11,349 nt of DNA from Chloroflexota bacterium (GTDB lineage: Bacteria; Chloroflexota; Dehalococcoidia; Lucifugimonadales; VGZR01), in the NCBI GenBank assembly GCA_027625225.1, contig JAQBWG010000032.1, positions 1 through 11,349 of the forward strand, in the 5' to 3' direction. The notes below the pieces were generated by a model. That model was not told the DNA's origin and ran no database searches. It saw only the letters and a program-made list of their open reading frames with translations. The position numbers were made by a program, and so were the translations under genes. This document shows, in pieces, positions 6,796-11,349 of this stretch; positions within the stretch are counted from its first letter, which is position 1, and each line of letters opens with the position of its first letter.

Positions 6796-7068
6796 ATGAA
6801 CAACGATTTTCCATGGCCCCTTGCGGTAATGATTATCTGCACCTCGGCAGCCGTGTTTGCCGCTGGCGCGTTCATCATTTACCAGGCGTTCGCGACATGG
6901 CGGGCGAAGATGTCCATCGCACGCGAGGAAGCGTACAAGCGGTTGGCTGAGCAGTCGATACAGGCGCAGCAGCGCATCTCGCAGGAGATGGAGCTGGTGA
7001 TGACCGAGCTTTCGCAGGTGCAGAAGCAGGCGAGCGAGATGGAGCGGCTATTGAAGTCGGTTGAGTAG
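6796..7068 (+). CDS. Small single-pass membrane protein with cytoplasmic coiled coil, paralogous to the C-terminus of the upstream ArsR-type regulator, 90 aa
   Basis: RBS AGGAGG (6783-6788) lies 7 nt before the ATG. The N-terminal TM helix is PWPLAVMIICTSAAVFAAGAFIIYQAF, followed by basic residues (positive-inside rule). The C-terminus QAQQRISQEMELVMTELSQVQKQASEMERLLKS is about 54% identical to the ArsR tail. Confidence 0.65.
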   Translation: MNNDFPWPLAVMIICTSAAVFAAGAFIIYQAFATWRAKMSIAREEAYKRLAEQSIQAQQRISQEMELVMTELSQVQKQASEMERLLKSVE

Positions 7069-7095
7069 ACGGGGCCAAGCCCTTCGCAACAGAGG

Positions 7096-7141
7096 AAACC
7101 CGCGCTCCTTTAGCCTCTTCTAGGATGCGCGGGTTTTTGTT
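7096..7141 (+). terminator. Rho-independent terminator: stem CCCGCGC(TCCT)...(AGGA)tGCGCGGG followed by TTTTTGTT
   Basis: GC-rich inverted repeat at 7099-7105 and 7127-7133, with inner TCCT/AGGA pairing, then a T-run at 7134-7138. It lies 28 nt after the stop of the small membrane protein gene. Confidence 0.7.
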
Positions 7142-7168
7142 GCTCCGGCGCACGGGTATCATATACGT

Positions 7169-8023
7169 GTGAAAGAGAGGGCGACTTTGGGACTACACCT
7201 AGACCACGTACTCATAGCGGTGCACGACCTGAACCGGTCGGCGCAGACGTATGCTGAAAAACTGGGGTTCACACTGACGCCGGAAGGGTCGCATCCGGGC
7301 CGGGGTACACATAACCGGCTCATCGTGTTCGGGTCGAACTATCTGGAACTCATCGCGGTGCGGGATTCGTCTGAGGGTGTGTTCCGGCAGTCGATGGTGG
7401 ACATGCTGAAGCATCGCGAAGGGTTGTACATGTTCGCGATGGGGAGCGGCGATGTCGTCCAAGACGCCGAGGCGATACGCGAACGCGGCGTGGAGGTGGG
7501 CGAGCCAGCGTTGGGCAAACGGGACGCGCAGGGCGGCGCCCCGGGCTACACGTGGGAGGCCGCGCCAGTAGCCACCGAAGCGACGCCGGGGAGCGAGACG
7601 TTCGTTATTCAGCACCACGTACCGATCTCCAAGCGATACCCAAAAGAGGCGACACAACATGCTAACGGGGCAACGGCGGTGACGGGGATAGCGCTGGGCG
7701 TGGCAGACGTGCGAAAGGCGGCGGAGGCGTGGGAACGGGTGCTGGGTCAGCCTCCGGTATCGGTGGAGGAACGGGCGGCGGAGAGCGGCCACCGGGCAAG
7801 GTTCCGGCTGGGCGATTTATCGCTCGATCTGGTAGACGGCGCGGATTACGTCGGGATTCCGGTGGCGCTGACGCTTCGAGTGGAACGCCTACAGAAAACG
7901 GAATCGTGGCTACGGGAGCATGGCGTGATGTTCGTGCGGGGACGGGACGAGTCGGAACCGGTTATCGCGGTGCCGCCGCAGGACGCGCACGGGGCGACGC
8001 TGAGGTTTACCGCGGCAGGTTAA
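7169..8023 (+). CDS. VOC-family (glyoxalase/bleomycin-resistance/dioxygenase-like) protein with two tandem glyoxalase-like domains, 284 aa
   Basis: HLDHVLIAVHDLNRSAQTYAEKLGF is a typical VOC/Glyoxalase-like N-terminus, with a second beta-alpha-beta-beta-beta module in the C-terminal half. The GTG start at 7169 is uncertain. An in-frame TTG at 7187 is preceded by GAGAGGG with 5-nt spacing and is an alternative start. Confidence 0.6.
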   Translation: MKERATLGLHLDHVLIAVHDLNRSAQTYAEKLGFTLTPEGSHPGRGTHNRLIVFGSNYLELIAVRDSSEGVFRQSMVDMLKHREGLYMFAMGSGDVVQDAEAIRERGVEVGEPALGKRDAQGGAPGYTWEAAPVATEATPGSETFVIQHHVPISKRYPKEATQHANGATAVTGIALGVADVRKAAEAWERVLGQPPVSVEERAAESGHRARFRLGDLSLDLVDGADYVGIPVALTLRVERLQKTESWLREHGVMFVRGRDESEPVIAVPPQDAHGATLRFTAAG

Positions 8024-8223
8024 TGTGTCTGCGGGTTGGCGCCGTGGGTGTCAACCTTCTGGCAGGTACGGACGAAGGCGTCGAAGTAGGGACGGGGTTG
8101 CTTGCAGTCGTAGGGGTGGTCGGAATAGTTCACGCCCTGGCAACCGCACTCCCAGATACGCACTGTGGCCTGCGTTCTGCACGCGGGGCAGGTAAGTACT
8201 ACTGCTGTAACTACATCGGCCAT
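8020..8223 (-). CDS. Small cysteine-rich protein (putative zinc-ribbon-like, CPxC...CGC...C...C), 67 aa
   Basis: ATG start with a GAGG motif upstream. Six Cys are present (TCPAC, WECGC, DC, TC), and codon usage is consistent with the neighbours. It is the last gene of the ADH operon on the minus strand. Its stop codon overlaps the stop of the convergent VOC gene on a shared TTAA (8020-8023). Confidence 0.45.
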   Translation of the reverse strand: MADVVTAVVLTCPACRTQATVRIWECGCQGVNYSDHPYDCKQPRPYFDAFVRTCQKVDTHGANPQTH

Positions 8224-8275
8224 GGTGTCCGCCTCACTTTAATGTTGCGCGTATAGCTTACCAGACGAGCGAATT

Positions 8276-8725
8276 CTACTTCACGAAGATGACGCCGAAT
8301 TGGTAGTCGTTCATGGAGCCGTCGGCGTTGCCCATGAAGTTTGATGTTATGTATCCGGACGCTCCCTCGAACTGGCCGGTGCCGCCTTCGACCTTCCAGA
8401 TAATGCAGCCGCCGGTCACGTTGGGTTCGACGGTGCCGCCCATAAAGCCTTCGCCGACGGTGCTGAAATTCAGGGTGTGGCCGGGGCCGAAGCTAATGGT
8501 GCCCCATTCGATGAGGGTGGTGTCGGTGAGGAACTTGGCCTCGGAGTCGAAGACGATCTCGTGTCCCCCGATAGCCTCAAATTTACTTTCCAGACCGTTC
8601 GGCCCGGCTTTGGTGGTGATTGTAGCGCTCGGCGCGGTGGAGTGAGCCTCCCACAGTGTCGGGTCGGCGGGGTTTTGGGGGCCGCCTTTGCCGGTGAATA
8701 CCGCGGTATAGATAAGACGTTGCAT
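8276..8725 (-). CDS. Dirigent/allene-oxide-cyclase barrel-like domain protein, 150 aa (re-called; the track ORF 8276..8884 is over-extended)
   Basis: The internal ATG (rc of 8723-8725) is preceded by GGAGGA with 7-nt spacing. The longer ORF would overlap the ADH gene's 3' end by 139 nt. The motif VEGGTGQFEGASGY matches the conserved GG[ST]GxFxxAxG[YQ] of dirigent proteins and the AOC barrel. Confidence 0.5.
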   Translation of the reverse strand: MQRLIYTAVFTGKGGPQNPADPTLWEAHSTAPSATITTKAGPNGLESKFEAIGGHEIVFDSEAKFLTDTTLIEWGTISFGPGHTLNFSTVGEGFMGGTVEPNVTGGCIIWKVEGGTGQFEGASGYITSNFMGNADGSMNDYQFGVIFVK

Positions 8726-8745
8726 GAGATATTCCTCCAGGGTGT

Positions 8746-9828
8746 TTAGAAGGTGAAAACGGTGCGGATGGCCGTACCCGCATTCATGTCGTCGAAGGCC
8801 TCGTTGAACTCTTCGATGGGACGGACTTTCGTTGCCAGTTCGTCGAGCTTGAGCCGGCCATCCTGGTACAGGTCGAGCATCCACGGGAAGTCGGTTTTGG
8901 GGCGGCCTGCACCGTAGAACGTGCCCATGACGGTGCGGTCCCAGAATAGTTTCATGCCGGGAACGGCGATATCCTGTCCCTTGAACGGCACGCCAACCAT
9001 GACGCAGGTGCCACCGGGACGGATGCAGTCGAACGCCTGACGGACGGTCTGGGGAAACCCGATGACCTCGAAGGCGTAATCGGCGCCGCCGTTGGTCAGA
9101 TCCATGACCCGCTTGACCACATCCTCTTTGGAGGCGTCTATGAAGTGGGTCGCACCAACCGACTCGGCCATATCCAGCTTGAACTGCACTTTGTCCACGG
9201 CGATGATTTTGCCCGCGTTGGCGAGGACGGCACCCTGCACCACGTTCATGCCCACGCCGCCGCAGCCGATGATGACGACGGTGCTGCCCGCCTCCACCTT
9301 GGCACGGTTGAGAACGGCGCCGACACCGGTCATGACACCGCAGCCGATGAGACAGGCCTTTTCGAGAGGAATGTCCTCGCGAATCTTCACAAGGTAGGTC
9401 TCAGGGACAACAGTCTCCTCGGCGAAGGTGGCGAGGTCGGCATAGAGTTCGACTCCATCCTGAGAGAAGGGGCGACGGCCGGTTGGCAGCGTGGCCTTGC
9501 CCAACACCCAGAATTCGCAGAGGTTGGCCTTGCCATCGTGGCAGTTGCGGCAGCGTCCGCACTGGGCAGTGAGCGAGAAGATGACGTGATCGCCGACGGC
9601 TACGGTGGAGACGCCGGGGCCGACTTCCTTCACGATGCCGGAGCCTTCGTGGCCCAGGATGTAAGGTACGGTGCCGAAGTCCACGTGACCGCTGATGCGG
9701 TGGTAGTCGCTGTGACAGGCGCCCGCGCCGACGAGCTGGACGCGAACTTCGCCCTGCTCAGGGCCATCAAGGTCAACCTGCTCTATTTTGACGGGAACTC
9801 CCTGTTCTCGAAGTATGGCTGCCCTCAT
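8746..9828 (-). CDS. Zinc-dependent alcohol dehydrogenase, MDR superfamily, class III-like (FrmA/AdhC-like), 360 aa
   Basis: Catalytic-Zn motif GACHSD...GHEGSG. Structural-Zn Cys cluster CGRCRNCHDGKANLC. Rossmann motif GCGGVG. The C-terminus AIRTVFTF resembles the class III ADH C-terminus. RBS AGGAGA lies upstream of the ATG. Confidence 0.85.
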   Translation of the reverse strand: MRAAILREQGVPVKIEQVDLDGPEQGEVRVQLVGAGACHSDYHRISGHVDFGTVPYILGHEGSGIVKEVGPGVSTVAVGDHVIFSLTAQCGRCRNCHDGKANLCEFWVLGKATLPTGRRPFSQDGVELYADLATFAEETVVPETYLVKIREDIPLEKACLIGCGVMTGVGAVLNRAKVEAGSTVVIIGCGGVGMNVVQGAVLANAGKIIAVDKVQFKLDMAESVGATHFIDASKEDVVKRVMDLTNGGADYAFEVIGFPQTVRQAFDCIRPGGTCVMVGVPFKGQDIAVPGMKLFWDRTVMGTFYGAGRPKTDFPWMLDLYQDGRLKLDELATKVRPIEEFNEAFDDMNAGTAIRTVFTF

Positions 9829-9871
9829 GTTTTGTCTCCTAAACGGGCGTCGGTTTCCCTGATGACTGCGG

Positions 9872-9877
9872 ATTATA
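9872..9877 (-). promoter_or_regulatory. Perfect -10 hexamer TATAAT on the minus strand in the 51-bp YqeK-ADH intergenic region (candidate ADH operon promoter; -35 weak)
   Basis: rc of ATTATA at 9872-9877. It sits about 44 nt upstream of the ADH ATG, with the AGGAGA RBS in between. The -35 would fall inside the 3' end of yqeK and matches poorly. Confidence 0.35.
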
Positions 9878-9879
9878 GC

Positions 9880-10449
9880 CTATTGGTTGCTATTCATGAG
9901 GTGATTGCGGAGTTCGATGGCGCGAGGATGTACAGGCTGCCCTTTGCCTTGTAGGTCTGCCATCTGGATATCGAGGAAGCTGAGGATGGCCTTGTCGAGG
10001 CTCTCGTCCGCAAGATCGCGCACCTCTGCGAGCGCGGGATTGAAACGAACTTTCTCCGGTTCGGCCTTGTCGGCGACGAAGACCACTTTCTCGACATTGT
10101 CCATGCCGATACGCCCGGTGGTGTGCCAACGCACGGCGTCAAGCACACGGGTGTCCTGTACATCACCGTCGGCTTCGAGCCAGGCGGCGGCGATGGGGCC
10201 GTGTAGCAGGACGGGGGCTTGCTTCTCGACGGAATGCACCGTCAGCGAGAGGCGTTCCGCTTCGTCGACCAGGTCGGCAGGCGAAAGGGCGCGGGCGAGG
10301 TCGTGACAGGCGGCAGCGAGGTTGACGGCGGATTCGTCAGCCCCGTGGGCGCGCGCGAGTTCGCGGGCGAGAGTGCGGGTGCGGGCGATGTGGTCGAGAA
10401 GACTTTGTGGCAGCTTGCGAAGACGGGACTCGACCGAGCCGGGAAGCAA
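9880..10449 (-). CDS. yqeK: HD-domain hydrolase YqeK family (bis(5'-nucleosyl)-tetraphosphatase, symmetrical), 189 aa, TTG start
   Basis: HD motif H...CHDLAR and RWHTTGRIGM are present, and the overall layout matches Bacillus YqeK (RYxHS...LHDxAK...RYHTTGR). The only start upstream of the HD motif is a TTG at 10447-10449, preceded by the G-rich GGTAGGGGAG. Confidence 0.75.
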   Translation of the reverse strand: MLPGSVESRLRKLPQSLLDHIARTRTLARELARAHGADESAVNLAAACHDLARALSPADLVDEAERLSLTVHSVEKQAPVLLHGPIAAAWLEADGDVQDTRVLDAVRWHTTGRIGMDNVEKVVFVADKAEPEKVRFNPALAEVRDLADESLDKAILSFLDIQMADLQGKGQPVHPRAIELRNHLMNSNQ

Positions 10450-10455
10450 GCTCCC

Positions 10456-10800
10456 CTACCCCATCGCGGCGAGTTTTCGGCCACCGAGGACGTGCAGGTG
10501 GAGGTGCGGGACTTCCTGACCGCCGTCGCTACCCTGGTTGAAGACGAGACGGTAGCCGGATTTGTCTATTCCCTCGCGCTTGGCCATCTCCTTGGCGGCA
10601 AGGAACATGCCGGAAATCATATCGGCGTGGCCAGGCGTCAAGCCGGTGAGTTCCAGGAAGTGTTCGTTGGGGATGACCAGCAAGTGAACGGTCGCTTTGG
10701 GAGCAATGTCCCGAATCACGAAGCACACGTCGTCGCGGTGGAGAATCTCGCTCGGAATTTTCCCGTCACGAATCTTGCAGAAAATGCAGTCGTTAGCCAT
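10456..10800 (-). CDS. HIT (histidine triad) family nucleotide hydrolase (Hint-like), 114 aa
   Basis: N-terminal CIFCKI, a histidine triad HLHLHVLGG, and a length typical of Hint. GGAGAA lies 9 nt upstream of the ATG. Confidence 0.85.
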   Translation of the reverse strand: MANDCIFCKIRDGKIPSEILHRDDVCFVIRDIAPKATVHLLVIPNEHFLELTGLTPGHADMISGMFLAAKEMAKREGIDKSGYRLVFNQGSDGGQEVPHLHLHVLGGRKLAAMG

Positions 10801-10820
10801 ATCGTTGGGTTCTCCGAAGC

Positions 10821-11222
10821 CTATGCCGCGCCGAAAGGCTGCTGAAGTACTGCCACTCCCTCGATTTCGATGAGGAATTCGGGCTTGACGAGCGCCTTGA
10901 TGACCACCGTACTGCTGGCAGGCCCGCTGCTCGGGAACAGCTTTTGGCGGACCGAGGCGTAGGCTTCATAGTCTGAGACGTTCACCAAAAAGCAGGTGAC
11001 CTTGACCAGGTCGTCCATCTCACCGCCCGCGGCTTTGAGCGCGGCTTCCAGGTTTTTGAAGCACTGCTCGGCCTGAGCTTTGCAGTTGCCCTCTCCGACC
11101 AGAACGCCGTTGTTGTCGAGCCCGACCTGTCCGGAAAGATGCACAACTTTGTCAACACGACTGGCTGGTGAATAGCCGGACGGTTTCCGGTTGGGGTTAG
11201 GGAAAAATACCTCTCGTCCCAT
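10821..11222 (-). CDS. RidA/YjgF/TdcF-family reactive-intermediate deaminase, 133 aa
   Basis: YSPASRV...VHLSGQVGLD...QAEQCFKNLEAALKAAGG...VKVTCFL is the canonical RidA pattern. RBS AAAGGAG lies 8 nt before the ATG at 11222. Confidence 0.8.
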   Translation of the reverse strand: MGREVFFPNPNRKPSGYSPASRVDKVVHLSGQVGLDNNGVLVGEGNCKAQAEQCFKNLEAALKAAGGEMDDLVKVTCFLVNVSDYEAYASVRQKLFPSSGPASSTVVIKALVKPEFLIEIEGVAVLQQPFGAA

Positions 11223-11281
11223 TGCGCGCTCCTTTAACTGATGACTATTTCGACGGGATTGTATCGCAGAGTCTTCGTGTA

Positions 11282-11309
11282 ATCATACCCCCTAATCCAA
11301 TACCAACAA
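11282..11309 (-). promoter_or_regulatory. Candidate promoter of the RidA-HIT-YqeK operon: -35 TTGTTG (rc of 11304-11309), 16-bp spacer, -10 TATGAT (rc of 11282-11287)
   Basis: Hexamers are read from the minus strand in an AT-rich non-coding region. The implied 5' UTR is about 50 nt. Confidence 0.3.
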
Positions 11310-11349
11310 GTTAATAACTGCGACCGGAACATATCCGATAACGGCGGGG

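Noticed and set aside
8726-8884. N-terminal 53 codons of track ORF 8276..8884 (-)
   Set aside because: They would overlap the ADH coding region by 139 nt. The translation is Arg/His-rich junk (MDARPVPGWPAQARRTGNESPSHRR...). An internal ATG with a GGAGGA RBS at 8725 is the credible start.
9145-9954. 269-aa plus-strand ORF
   Set aside because: It is antisense to the ADH gene and the yqeK 3' end, and its composition is Ala/Gly/Asp-rich with no domain-like motifs.
10219-10845. 208-aa plus-strand ORF
   Set aside because: It is antisense across the yqeK and HIT genes. Both minus-strand genes carry unmistakable family motifs, so the plus-strand ORF is spurious.

Overview
GC-rich bacterial chromosomal window of about 11.3 kb, roughly 60% GC, with strong GGAGG-type RBSs on most genes and several probably leaderless starts. 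Phylum cannot be assigned from sequence alone. Thirteen protein-coding genes are supported, ten of them on the minus strand. No rRNA, tRNA, CRISPR array or mobile element was seen.

Gene order, left to right:
- a PLSCR-type phospholipid scramblase homolog (-)
- a family-5 ABC substrate-binding lipoprotein (-)
- an operon of a YqiK/flotillin-like SPFH protein (-) followed by an SRPBCC (Bet v1/START-like) protein (-)
- rsmI (-)
- divergently transcribed, an ArsR-family wHTH regulator (+) and a small single-pass membrane protein (+)
- a two-domain VOC/glyoxalase-like protein (+)
- a minus-strand operon: class III-like Zn alcohol dehydrogenase, dirigent/AOC-barrel-like protein, 67-aa Cys-rich protein
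- a minus-strand operon: RidA, HIT hydrolase, YqeK HD-hydrolase

Most worth a second look:
1. The ArsR-type regulator's C-terminal coiled-coil extension is paralogous (about 54% identity) to the cytoplasmic domain of the co-transcribed membrane protein. This suggests a membrane-tethering regulatory pair.
2. The flotillin carries about four degenerate copies of the SPFH N-terminal motif and is co-operonic with a lipid-binding-fold protein, next to a bacterial scramblase.
3. A perfect CRP-type TGTGA-N6-TCACA palindrome lies upstream of the substrate-binding-protein gene.
4. The HIT and YqeK genes share one reading frame and are separated only by a single TAG.
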